Assembly: GCA_034521595.1 (NCBI GenBank)
Contig: JAXHMG010000001.1
Span: forward strand, 1 to 64,000
Source of the DNA: Gemmatimonadota bacterium
GTDB taxonomy: Bacteria; Gemmatimonadota; Gemmatimonadetes; Longimicrobiales; Gaopeijiaceae
Direction: 5' to 3'
DNA: 64,000 nt
The translations under genes were made by a program, and so were the position numbers. Within the stretch, counting starts at the first letter, position 1, and every line of letters starts with the position of its first letter. Below are positions 52,090 to 61,568 of this stretch, piece after piece. The notes under the pieces were generated by a model. It ran no database searches. It saw only the letters and a program-made list of their open reading frames with translations, and was not told the DNA's origin.

Positions 52090-52575
52090 CAATCAACTTC
52101 TCGTTCTTTCAGCGAGGAGTATGAGGCCGCTTCGTCGCCGGTCGGGAGACTTGGGCGCGCTCCGCCGCCACTGGGCTCAGCCCACGCTCCGCTCTGCTCG
52201 CAGATCGCCGCGTGGGTTGAATCAACCTTCGTCCTTTCAGCGGAGGAGTGGATGGGCTCCGCTTCGCTCCGCCGCGTCGCGGACTGCCGCTCCGCGCGAT
52301 CACCTTCCCTGGCCCGCTCGGCTCGACCCACGCTCCCGATCTGCTGCGCAGATCGCCGCGTGGGTTCGAATTCATACCTTCTCGTCCTTTCAGCGGAGGG
52401 AGTGGGATGGGCTCCGCTTCGCTCCGCCGCGTCGCGGGACTGCCCGCTCCGGCGCGCTCCGCGCGATCACCTTCCCTGGCCCGCTCGGCTCGACCCACGC
52501 TCCCGATCTGCTGCGCAGATCGCCGCGTGGGTTCGAATTCATACCTTCTCGTCCTTTCAGCGGAGGGAGTGGGAT
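52090..52575 (-). repeat. Three progressively degenerate units (167, about 153, about 128 bp) downstream of tRNA-Ser(GCT)
   Basis: tRNA 3'-end copies at 52561, 52394, 52241 and 52113. Confidence 0.88.
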
Positions 52576-52646
52576 TCGAACCCACGCGGACCTTTCGGTC
52601 CAACGCCTTAGCAGGGCGTCGCCTTAAGCCACTCGGCCATCCCTCC
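52561..52646 (-). tRNA. tRNA-Ser(GCT)
   Basis: ACGCC-CT-GCT-AA-GGCGT; long variable arm; GGTTCGAATCC. Confidence 0.95.
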
Positions 52647-52688
52647 AAAGCAAGGGCCGTCCGGCGTGGACGCTCCCTGGCATCTGAG

Positions 52689-52761
52689 TTGCCCCGCTAG
52701 GGATCGAACCTAGACTCTCCGGAACCAGAATCCGGCGTGTTGCCAATTACACCACGGGGCA
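52689..52761 (-). tRNA. tRNA-Gln(CTG)
   Basis: CCGGA-TT-CTG-GT-TCCGG. Confidence 0.93.
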
Positions 52762-52765
52762 GCAG

Positions 52766-52837
52766 AGCCACCTGTCGGATTTGAACCGACGACCCCGTCA
52801 TTACGAATGACGTGCTCTACCACTGAGCTAAGGTGGC
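52766..52837 (-). tRNA. tRNA-Thr(CGT)
   Basis: CGTCA-TT-CGT-AA-TGACG. Confidence 0.93.
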
Positions 52838-52844
52838 GGAAAAG

Positions 52845-52917
<73 letters not shown>

Positions 52918-52934
52918 AACGACACTCGGAATGA

Positions 52935-53008
52935 TGGGCGCGAGAGGACTCGAACCTCTGACCTCTACGATGTCAACGTAGCGCTCTAACCAACTGAGCT
53001 ACGCGCCC
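52935..53008 (-). tRNA. tRNA-Val(GAC)
   Basis: CTACG-TT-GAC-AT-CGTAG. Confidence 0.93.
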
Positions 53009-53037
53009 GGTCGTACGAACCGAGGATGCTGCTGCTA

Positions 53038-53111
<74 letters not shown>

Positions 53112-53127
53112 GCGATCGACGATGGAA

Positions 53128-53211
53128 TGCCCACGACAGGACTCGAACCTGTACGCCGTTTCCGGCACTGGTCCCTCAAACCAGCCTGTCTACCAATTCC
53201 AGCACGTGGGC
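53128..53211 (-). tRNA. tRNA-Leu(GAG)
   Basis: CTGGT-TT-GAG-GG-ACCAG; long variable arm. Confidence 0.93.
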
Positions 53212-53270
53212 AGAAGCCTGCATATCCTTCATAGGCCGACCGGGCCGCCCACCAACGGACGGCCGGTGCA

Positions 53271-53354
53271 TGCTCGAGGAGGGACTCGAACCCTCACGGG
53301 GTTTCCCCCACAGGATCCTGAATCCTGCGCGTCTACCAATTCCGCCACCCGAGC
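53271..53354 (-). tRNA. tRNA-Leu(CAG)
   Basis: CAGGA-TT-CAG-GA-TCCTG; long variable arm. Confidence 0.93.
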
Positions 53355-53389
53355 GCGGGCCGTCCTGAGCCTGCGAGGCCGTCCGACGA

Positions 53390-53462
<73 letters not shown>

Positions 53463-53529
53463 TCACGCATCACCTGGTGAAGCCGTCATTCTCGGTGCAT
53501 CGACGACTTCGCTGTCAAATAACGAGGAG

Positions 53530-53603
53530 CGGGGCTGACGAGACTCGAACTCGCGACCTCCGGTGTGACAGACCGGCACTCTAACCGACTGAGCTACAGC
53601 CCC
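53530..53603 (-). tRNA. tRNA-Asp(GTC)
   Basis: CCGGT-CT-GTC-AC-ACCGG. Confidence 0.93.
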
Positions 53604-53658
53604 TGATTGTGCTACCCACGGTGCTCGGCACCTTCTCCGTACGGCACCGCGACTTCTA

Positions 53659-53730
53659 TGCCCCGACGGGGAATTGAACCCCGATTACCACCTTGAAAGA
53701 GTGGTGTCCTAGCCATTAGACGACCGGGGC
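53659..53730 (-). tRNA. tRNA-Glu(TTC)
   Basis: CCACT-CT-TTC-AA-GGTGG. Confidence 0.93.
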
Positions 53731-53744
53731 GTACCTGGCGTTGA

Positions 53745-53817
53745 CAGGCCCGGAGGGACTCGAACCCCCAACCGCCGGTTTTGGAGACCGGTGCTCTACC
53801 AATTGAGCTACGGACCT
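53745..53817 (-). tRNA. tRNA-Trp(CCA)
   Basis: CCGGT-CT-CCA-AA-ACCGG. Confidence 0.93.
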
Positions 53818-53855
53818 CTAGTCTGTCGTGTCGCCCGGCCCCTGGGTATGGATCA

Positions 53856-53928
53856 TGGCCAGGGACGGAATCGAACCGCCGACACCACGATTTTCAGTCG
53901 TGTGCTCTACCAACTGAGCTACCTGGCC
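53856..53928 (-). tRNA. tRNA-Phe(GAA)
   Basis: CACGA-CT-GAA-AA-TCGTG. Confidence 0.93.
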
Positions 53929-54134
53929 CTCGACATAAAAAACCGCCCGAACCATAGCGGCGCGGACGGGATGCTTCAGGTAAGGCCGGCGACTTACGCG
54001 GCCTGCCCCCCCGCCCGCGCAAGCGGGCTCCACGTATCGGACACCGTCAAGAGCGTAGACTGCTTCGGCAAGACGCGGGTCTCCATCGTCCTAACGTGGC
54101 GAGCGCCGCCCTCCGGACGGCGCTCTTCGAACAA

Positions 54135-54208
<74 letters not shown>

Positions 54209-54388
54209 ACAGGGCTGAGAATCTATACCCTGTCGGCGCAAGCGGTCAACCCACGGCGGTGCGGCCCCCTCCTCGGGCCGTCGCTGACGGCCACCTCCCA
54301 GACTGTGCGGACCGTGTGAGGCGTGGTGTCGGAGGTCCGGAAGAGTGCATGTTTGGAGGGATCTTCCACCGACTTCCACAGGTCACTC

Positions 54389-55627
54389 GTGCTCGACGCA
54401 AACTTCATCGACCCACTGATCGCCCTCGGGCTCGGGCTCCTCGTGGGACTACAGAAGGAACGGACGTCGTCCCCTCTCGCGGGGCTGAAGACGTTCGGCC
54501 TGGCCAGCCTCTTCGGGGCGGTAGCCGCATTGGTCTCGATCGAGGTGGGCGGCTGGATTCTCCCCACCGGCCTGATCGCCGTGGTCGGGGTCATGGCCAT
54601 CGGCAACGCCATTCAGATTCGCGAGCACCGTGCCACGCCCGGACAGACCACGGAGGTCGCGATCCTGGTCATGTACCTGGTAGGCGCGTTGACCGTCGTA
54701 GGCACGACCGCCGTCGCCATCGTCCTCGGGGGAGCCGTCGCCGTCCTCCTGCATCTCCGGGAGGAGCTCCGGGGATTGGTAACCCGGATGAGCGACCGCG
54801 ACGTCCGCGCGATCATGCAGTTCGTGCTCGTTTCCCTCGTCATCCTGCCTGTCCTACCGGACCGGACGTTCGGTCCGTTCGGGGTCCTGAACCCCTACAA
54901 CATCTGGTTGATGGTCGTGCTGATCGTCGGGATCAACCTCGCGGGATACGCAGCCTTCCGATGGCTCAGCAGCCGGAGCGGCACGGCAGTGGCGGGGCTG
55001 CTCGGCGGAGTAGTGTCGAGCACGGCCACAGCCTTCGCATACGCCAGGAACGTCCGCTCGGGCGATCTATCCGCCGGGACCGGGGCAGTGATCATCTGGA
55101 TGGCCTCGAGCATCGTCTACATCCGCATCCTGATCGAGATCGGAGCGGTCGCGCCAAGGTTCCTACCGACCGCTGTGGGCCCGATGCTCGTGATGCTCGG
55201 CATGTTCGCGGCCATCACCGCTCTCACTTGGAACAAGGTGGCGGACGCCGGAGCCAACCCACTCGAGCTCAAGAACCCGACGCACATGAACGCGGCCATC
55301 GTCTTCGCCGCACTCTATGCCGGGGTCCTGCTGGCCGTCGCCGCCGCCGAAAGGTACCTGGGCGACGCCGGACTCTACGCTACGGCCGTGCTCTCCGGAC
55401 TCACGAACATCGACGCCATCACCCTCTCGACTGCACGCCTGGTCGCATCGGAGCGCGTGGACGAATCCGTCGGCTGGAGGCTCATCGTCGCGGCGAGCCT
55501 CTCGAACATGGTGTTCAAGCTGGGGATCGCACGGGTCCTCGGCGGTCGTGCGCTGGGGCGGAAGCTCGGTGGCTTGACCGCCATCGGAGTCGCGGCCGGC
55601 CTTGCCCTCATCCTACTCTGGCGGTGA
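54389..55627 (+). CDS. MgtC/SapB-family membrane protein with DUF4010 domain
   Basis: ALGLGLLVGLQKE..AGLKTF, GQTTE, GGVVSSTATA, SGLTNIDAITLS. Confidence 0.85.
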   Translation: MLDANFIDPLIALGLGLLVGLQKERTSSPLAGLKTFGLASLFGAVAALVSIEVGGWILPTGLIAVVGVMAIGNAIQIREHRATPGQTTEVAILVMYLVGALTVVGTTAVAIVLGGAVAVLLHLREELRGLVTRMSDRDVRAIMQFVLVSLVILPVLPDRTFGPFGVLNPYNIWLMVVLIVGINLAGYAAFRWLSSRSGTAVAGLLGGVVSSTATAFAYARNVRSGDLSAGTGAVIIWMASSIVYIRILIEIGAVAPRFLPTAVGPMLVMLGMFAAITALTWNKVADAGANPLELKNPTHMNAAIVFAALYAGVLLAVAAAERYLGDAGLYATAVLSGLTNIDAITLSTARLVASERVDESVGWRLIVAASLSNMVFKLGIARVLGGRALGRKLGGLTAIGVAAGLALILLWR

Positions 55628-55763
55628 CTCGCGGCGCCCGCCGAGGGCGTGACCAGGCGCGACCCGTTGCGCGCGGTGCGGGGACGAGCCACGCTTTCAG
55701 GGGCCGGGCGGACGAGCCCGAGCCAGACGAGCAACGAGCTGAAGATAGTGGAGGATCCATACC

Positions 55764-56108
55764 ATGACCGACCTCGCCGAACGACATTGTGAAGCGTGCA
55801 AACCCGATTCCCCGACGGTGAGCCCCGAGGAGCGTGAAGAATTTCACGCTCAGGTGCCGGACTGGGACATCGTGGAGATCGGCGGCGTCCCGCAGCTGCA
55901 ACGTGCGTTCACGGTCCCCGACTTCGCGGAAGCCCTGGCCCTGTCCGATGAAGTCGGCGCCTTGGCGGAGGAAGAAGGCCACCATCCGGCCATCCTCACG
56001 GAATACGGGAAGGTCACCGTGCGGTGGTGGACGCACACCATCGGCGGGCTGCACAAGAACGACTTCATCATGGCGGCCAAGACCGACGAGCTCTTCGAGG
56101 ATCTGTAA
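55764..56108 (+). CDS. phhB: Pterin-4-alpha-carbinolamine dehydratase
   Basis: [31 protein letters not shown]. Confidence 0.9.
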   Translation: MTDLAERHCEACKPDSPTVSPEEREEFHAQVPDWDIVEIGGVPQLQRAFTVPDFAEALALSDEVGALAEEEGHHPAILTEYGKVTVRWWTHTIGGLHKNDFIMAAKTDELFEDL

Positions 56109-56170
56109 GCGGACGTCACCGGCCGGGTCCGAAACAGGCAACCCGGAGGCTCCCTACCACCGACATCGGG

Positions 56171-57472
56171 TCAAGATCGCGGACGAAGCTCGCTGACGAC
56201 CTGGATGCCGCGAGCTACTTCGGGGATCACGCCCCTCTGCTCGTAAACCGGTAGCACCTGGGCCCGCAGCGCTCCGATCCGGCGCACGAACCAGGCCGCG
56301 AAGACCAGACAACCCATCCCACCCAAGGCCACGGCCGCCGGTGCTCCGATCCGACTCGCTATCGCTCCGCCCCCCAGGCTCCCGATCGGCATCATCCCCA
56401 TGAACGCCATCGTGTAGAGACTCATCACGCGACCGCGCATCTCCTCGCCGACCAGCGTCTGGACGACCGTGTTGATCGAAGCGGTCGTGAGCATCAGGCC
56501 AAAGCCACCCAGGGCGAGCATCGCACAAGAGAGGAGCAGGCTGCGGGACACCGAAAAGACCAGAAGCGTGGTTCCGAACAGCGCCAGAGCCCCCGCGATG
56601 ACCCGCCCGAGTCCCATCACCGTATCCCTCGAGGCGAGGTAGAGCGCGCCGGCCAGAGCGCCGGCACCCGACGACGCCGTCAGCAACCCGAGGGTGGTCG
56701 CATCCCCGTCGAGGATATCTCGGGCGAAGACGGGGAAGAGCACGACGTAGGGGATCCCCAGAAGCGATACACCCGCCAGCACGACGAGGAGGTCGCGGAT
56801 GGGCGCGAAGCCGAACGCGTAACCGAATCCCTCCCGGATGTTCTGAAGCAGGGCGCCGGCTCGCAGTCCTCGCTCAGCCGGTAGGCGCATCATGGCGAGG
56901 GCACCGAGGATCCCCACGAAGCTGACGGCGTTGAGCACGAAGACCGGCCCCTCGCCCCACCACCCGATGAGGATCCCGCCGAGCGCGGGTCCAATCAGCC
57001 GAGCCGCGTTGAACATCGAGGAGTTGAGGGCGATCGCGTTAGGAAGATCCGCCTGACCCTCCACCAGCTTCACCAGAAGCGCCTGCCGAGCCGGTATATC
57101 AACGCCGTTGATGACGCCCACCACGACCGCCAGCACCACAAGGTGCCAGACCTGCACCAGCCCGCCAATAACGAGCGCCGCCAGAACCACGGCCTGTACC
57201 ATGGCCAAGGTCTGAGCCACGGCGACCATCCGATAGCGGCTCCACCGGTCCGCGAGCGCTCCGGCGAACGGGGCCATCAAGAGCGAGGGGAATTGGCTCG
57301 AAAACCCGATCACCCCGAGCAGGAACGCGGAATCGGTGAGCCGATAAACGAGCCAACTCATCGCGACCTGTTGCATCCAGGTGCCGACGAGCGAGATACC
57401 CTGGCCCACGAAGAACAGCCGCAGATTGCGGTGGCGGAGCGCCCTCAGCGCCAAACGGATACGATTCGACAC
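56171..57472 (-). CDS. MFS transporter
   Basis: ALRHRNLRLFFVGQGISLVGTWMQ, GALADRWSR, MRGRVMSLY. Confidence 0.9.
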   Translation of the reverse strand: MSNRIRLALRALRHRNLRLFFVGQGISLVGTWMQQVAMSWLVYRLTDSAFLLGVIGFSSQFPSLLMAPFAGALADRWSRYRMVAVAQTLAMVQAVVLAALVIGGLVQVWHLVVLAVVVGVINGVDIPARQALLVKLVEGQADLPNAIALNSSMFNAARLIGPALGGILIGWWGEGPVFVLNAVSFVGILGALAMMRLPAERGLRAGALLQNIREGFGYAFGFAPIRDLLVVLAGVSLLGIPYVVLFPVFARDILDGDATTLGLLTASSGAGALAGALYLASRDTVMGLGRVIAGALALFGTTLLVFSVSRSLLLSCAMLALGGFGLMLTTASINTVVQTLVGEEMRGRVMSLYTMAFMGMMPIGSLGGGAIASRIGAPAAVALGGMGCLVFAAWFVRRIGALRAQVLPVYEQRGVIPEVARGIQVVSELRPRS

Positions 57473-57579
57473 GTCCGACGCTAACGGGTCGGGGGATGAG
57501 AAGGGAGTGGAGGGTGTGATGCCCCCTCCCTCTGACGCTCGAGCCCGACGCCGGCGGCACCCGCTCCGTCGCGCGAGCC

Positions 57580-57684
57580 ATGCACCCGGATGAGGACGGG
57601 CGCAAACAGCACGAGGAGATGGGCTTCCTCGAAGGATGGGGCACGTGCCTGGACCAACTCGTCGAAATGGTCAGGCGGTGGTGA
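57580..57684 (+). pseudogene. C-terminal remnant of an SRPBCC/AHSA1-family gene
   Basis: HPDEDGRKQHEEMGFLEGWGTCLDQLVE with no upstream domain. Confidence 0.55.
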
Positions 57685-57740
57685 CATCGGCCGCCCAGGC
57701 GCTTCCCGCCACCGCCCCGAGTCTATAGTTTCACCGTCCA

Positions 57741-57814
57741 CGGGACGTGGCGCAGTCCGGTAGCGCACTGCAATGGGGTTGCAGGGGTCGCCGGTTCGAA
57801 TCCGGCCGTCCCGA
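57741..57814 (+). tRNA. tRNA-Pro(GGG)
   Basis: CTGCA-AT-GGG-GT-TGCAG; GGTTCGAATCC. Confidence 0.95.
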
Positions 57815-58736
57815 TGGAGGCCTCACAACCAGACGGTTGTGAGGCCTCTTTTGTTTTCGGCCTCCATCGGGGCGGCCGGATTCGTGGACTCGCCAACAGG
57901 CGAGGACACGGCGCGACCCACGTCGCGCCAGAACCGTAGGTTCGAGACGAGCGGCCACATCAGTCGCTCCCGACCCACAAGCCCCACCGCGAGTCGAGCG
58001 AAGGGCGGGCGCGCCCCCGGCGCGCTCGACCGTAGCTCCATCCGGCCGTCCCGATGGAGGCCTCACAAGCCGACCGACAGGCTCTTCGCTCTCGGCCTCC
58101 ATCGGGACGGCCGGACGGATCCCTTGGTCGTCGATCGCCGGGAAGCACATGGGCCGACGACAGCTCGCGCTGTCGCGGAACGACCTCATCCGGCCGGCCG
58201 GATTCGTGGACTCGCCGACCGGCGAGGACACGGCGCGACCCACGTCGCGCCAGAACCGTAGGTTCGAGACGAGCGGCCAACAACGGTCGCCTCCCGACCC
58301 GACAAGCTCCACCGCGAGTCGAGCGAAGGGCGGGCGCGCCCCCGGCGCGCTCGACCGTAGCTCAATCCGGCCGTCCCATGGAGGCCTCACAACCAGACGG
58401 TTGTGAGGCCTCTTCTGTTTTCGGCCTCCATCGGGACGGCCGGATGGACTCCCTCTGGTCGTCGATCCGCCGGGGAAGCACATGGGCCGACGACAGCTCG
58501 CGCTGTCGCGGAACGACCTTATCCGGCCGGCCGGATTCGCAGACTCGCCAACAGGCGAGGATGCGTGGGGCGACAACGTCGTCCCACCGAACCGTAGGTT
58601 CGAGACGAGCGGCCAACATCGGTCCCTCTCGACCCGCAAGCCCCACCGCGAGTCGAGCGAAGGGCGGGCGCGCCCCCAGCGCGCTCGACCGTAGCTCCAT
58701 CCGGCCGTCCCGATCGAGGCCTCACAACCAGACGGT
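57800..58736 (+). repeat. Three units (240, 325, 334 bp) plus a partial unit downstream of tRNA-Pro(GGG)
   Basis: ATCCGGCCGTCCC(G)A at 57800, 58040, 58365 and 58699. Confidence 0.92.
57817..57857 (+). terminator. Rho-independent terminator after tRNA-Pro(GGG), duplicated in the repeat units
   Basis: 14-bp stem GAGGCCTCACAACC/GGTTGTGAGGCCTC followed by TTTTGTTTT. Confidence 0.75.
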
Positions 58737-58807
58737 CGACGCACACCCGTCCGCACGATAGCGTGTGAAGAAGCACCGACTTTTCCCCACCACACCGCGA
58801 GCCGACC

Positions 58808-61528
58808 CTGACTCTCCGCGACGTCTCCTTCCCGCCGAAAGACGAACCCCTCCGCCGTGATGTCGGCTTGCTCGGAGACATCGTGGGAAGGGTGATCCGG
58901 GAACAGGGAGGAGAGGAGCTCTTCCGGCGCGTCGAGCGCGCACGGCATGCCGCCATCCGCCGACGTGAGGGGGCGTCCGACGCAACGCACGAGGTCGAGC
59001 AGGCCCTGGCGGGGCTCGACGCCGAGCAAGCGGAGGAAGTCGTGCGTGCGTACTCCATGTACTTTCAGGTCGTGAACCTAGCCGAGCGGGTGCACCGGAT
59101 TCGCAGGGGCCGGGCCTGGATGCGGGAAGGAGAGGAGCCGCAACCGGGATCGCTCGCGGACACCGTGGAGCGGCTCCGCAAACGCGGCCTCGATCAGGAG
59201 CGGATGCGGTCGCTCTTCTCCTCCGCACGGGTCGAGCCGGTCTTCACCGCCCACCCCACCGAGTCCACGCGCCGGATCATCCTGGAGAAGCAGGACCGGA
59301 TCGCGGCCGAGCTGATCGGTCGGCTCAACCCCGAGCGCACGCCACGCGAGGAAGCGGTCGCGACCGCGACCATCCGTGAGAACGTCACGGCCGCATGGCA
59401 GACGGAGGAGCATCCATCGGCTCGACCCACGGTGGCCGACGAGCGGGAGCATGTCCTCTACTACGTGACGCGCACCCTTTACCGAGTCCTCCCCGCGCTG
59501 CACGAGACGCTGGACGAGGCGCTCGAGCACCCGGAGCAGACCTCGACCGGCGACCTTCCGCCCCTCATTCGGCCGGGATCCTGGGTCGGGGGCGATATGG
59601 ACGGAAACCCGAACGTCGATGCGAACACGGTCCGCGAGACGCTCCGCCGCCACCGGGACCTGACGCTGGAGGCGTACGAGCGAGAGGTCGGCGAGCTCGC
59701 CCGGAACCTGACGCAGTCGGCGTCGCGCGTGTCATGGAATCGGGAGATCTCCGTGCTCGGGGATCGCTACGGTGGATGGTTTCCGGAGACCGACCGCGCC
59801 ATCCCCGAGCGTCATCGCAGCATGGGCTACAGGGTTCTCCTGGAGCTCATCGGGGCACGCCTCGCCGCGACCCGTGCCGACTCCGAGCACGGGTACGCCG
59901 GCCCCGAGGAGCTGCTCGACGACATCAACGCGATCGCCAAGAGCCTCGTAGAGCACGACGGTACGCATGCCGGACTCTTCGGTGTCCGCCGACTGTTGCG
60001 GCGCATCCGGACGTTCGGTTTCCACATGGCCGCCCTGGACGTGCGTCAGGACGCCCGCGCCTTGCGTGAGGTCGCCGCGGAGCTCTTCGACGACCCGGCA
60101 TGGCCCGAACGCCCCTCCGAGGAACGGATCGAGCGGCTCCACGAAGCGCTCTCGAGCATGGAGCAGGGAGACGCGCGGACAGGGCGGGAAGGACTCAGCG
60201 ATGCGGCGCTCGACACGCTCGACGTCTTTCGGGCGATCTCTGAAGGACGCGGGGCGTACGGGGCGGATGCGATCGGTTCCTACATCATCTCGATGGCGGA
60301 GGATGTCGACGACGTGCTCACGGTCGCCTGGCTGGCCACGCTCGGAGGCCTCGGTACCACCGACGACCTGCCCCTCGACATCGCTCCGCTCTTCGAAACC
60401 GTCTCCGACCTCGAGCGTGCGGAAGAGGTCCTCGAAGCGCTGTTCACGGACCCCTTCCTGGGGCCACACGTATCTCGGCGCGGAAGCCGCCAGATCGTGA
60501 TGGTCGGGTACTCCGACTCCAACAAGGACGGAGGCATCGCCTCGGCACGGTGGGCTCTGCAGCGAGCCCTCGAGGGCATGGCCCGAGCGGCCACCCGACA
60601 GGACGTAACACTCACGGTGTTCCATGGACGCGGGGGTACGGTTTCTCGGGGGGGCGGCTCCGTGCACCGGGCCGTCGCGGCCATGCCGGCCGGATCGATC
60701 GGAGGTCGGCTGCGCCTGACCGAGCAGGGCGAAGTCATCGACGCGAAATACGGCCTGCCCCAGATCGCGCTCCGTAATCTGGAGCGGATGCTCGGGTCCA
60801 TCGTGCTTCGCGCGGCGGACCGCGGCGAGGACGAGGCTCCGCCACGGTGGCGGAGCCTCGCGGACACGGTGGCCGGGGCGGCACGCACCGCCTATCGGTC
60901 GCTCGTTTACGAAGACCCGCGTTTCACCGCGTACTTCCGTTCCGGAACCCCCATCGACGTGATCGAGCGAATGTCCATCGGGTCACGCCCACCGTCCCGG
61001 CGGTCGGGCGCGGGTGTCGAGGACCTCCGCGCGATCCCCTGGGTGTTCTCGTGGACCCAATGCCGGGCGATGATGACGGGCTGGTACGGGCTGGGAACCG
61101 GGTTGGAAGCGGCCCGGGCCGAGCACGGCCTCGGCCTCCTGCAGGAAGCCGCCGAGGGCTGGCCCTTCTTCGACACCCTCCTGGCCGATGTCGAGATGGT
61201 GCTGGCCAAGGCCGACCTCGAGATCGCCGGGATGTACCGGGCCTTGGCCCCGGCCCAAGCCCACGCGGTCTACGACCGGATCCGCGACGAGTTCGATCGG
61301 ACGGTCTCAGCGGTGCTCGAAATCCGGCAAAGCTCCGCCCTCCTCGATGACGATCCCACGCTTCAGCGTTCGATCCGCTTGCGAAACCCCTACGTCGACC
61401 CGATGAACATGCTCCAAGTCGACCTACTGCGCCGGTGGCGGCACGACGAGCGGCCGGACGGCGCTCTCCTCGACGCCCTGCTCGCGACGGTGAACGGGAT
61501 CGCACGGGGGCTGCAGAACACGGGGTGA
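58808..61528 (+). CDS. ppc: Phosphoenolpyruvate carboxylase
   Basis: VFTAHPTE, SWVGGDMDGNP, MVGYSDSNKDGG, FHGRGGTVSRGGG, LRAIPWVFSW, C-terminal LQNTG; start uncertain (CTG 58808 or TTG 58868). Confidence 0.95.
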   Translation: MTLRDVSFPPKDEPLRRDVGLLGDIVGRVIREQGGEELFRRVERARHAAIRRREGASDATHEVEQALAGLDAEQAEEVVRAYSMYFQVVNLAERVHRIRRGRAWMREGEEPQPGSLADTVERLRKRGLDQERMRSLFSSARVEPVFTAHPTESTRRIILEKQDRIAAELIGRLNPERTPREEAVATATIRENVTAAWQTEEHPSARPTVADEREHVLYYVTRTLYRVLPALHETLDEALEHPEQTSTGDLPPLIRPGSWVGGDMDGNPNVDANTVRETLRRHRDLTLEAYEREVGELARNLTQSASRVSWNREISVLGDRYGGWFPETDRAIPERHRSMGYRVLLELIGARLAATRADSEHGYAGPEELLDDINAIAKSLVEHDGTHAGLFGVRRLLRRIRTFGFHMAALDVRQDARALREVAAELFDDPAWPERPSEERIERLHEALSSMEQGDARTGREGLSDAALDTLDVFRAISEGRGAYGADAIGSYIISMAEDVDDVLTVAWLATLGGLGTTDDLPLDIAPLFETVSDLERAEEVLEALFTDPFLGPHVSRRGSRQIVMVGYSDSNKDGGIASARWALQRALEGMARAATRQDVTLTVFHGRGGTVSRGGGSVHRAVAAMPAGSIGGRLRLTEQGEVIDAKYGLPQIALRNLERMLGSIVLRAADRGEDEAPPRWRSLADTVAGAARTAYRSLVYEDPRFTAYFRSGTPIDVIERMSIGSRPPSRRSGAGVEDLRAIPWVFSWTQCRAMMTGWYGLGTGLEAARAEHGLGLLQEAAEGWPFFDTLLADVEMVLAKADLEIAGMYRALAPAQAHAVYDRIRDEFDRTVSAVLEIRQSSALLDDDPTLQRSIRLRNPYVDPMNMLQVDLLRRWRHDERPDGALLDALLATVNGIARGLQNTG

Positions 61529-61568
61529 GCGGATCGCGACCGCCAGGTCCATCGCGCCACCCACCTCC

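Noticed and set aside
50841-52575. Tandem repeats as a CRISPR array
   Set aside because: Units are about 165 bp and near-identical along their whole length, with no unique spacers and no cas genes
50608-52700. Long repetitive ORFs (e.g. 50608-51723, 50828-51892, 51745-52611)
   Set aside because: They are translations of tRNAs and GC-rich repeats; the 166-bp unit is not a multiple of 3 and there are no protein motifs
57731-59058. ORFs across the tRNA-Pro(GGG) repeat array
   Set aside because: They overlap the tRNA, terminator and repeats; no coding signal
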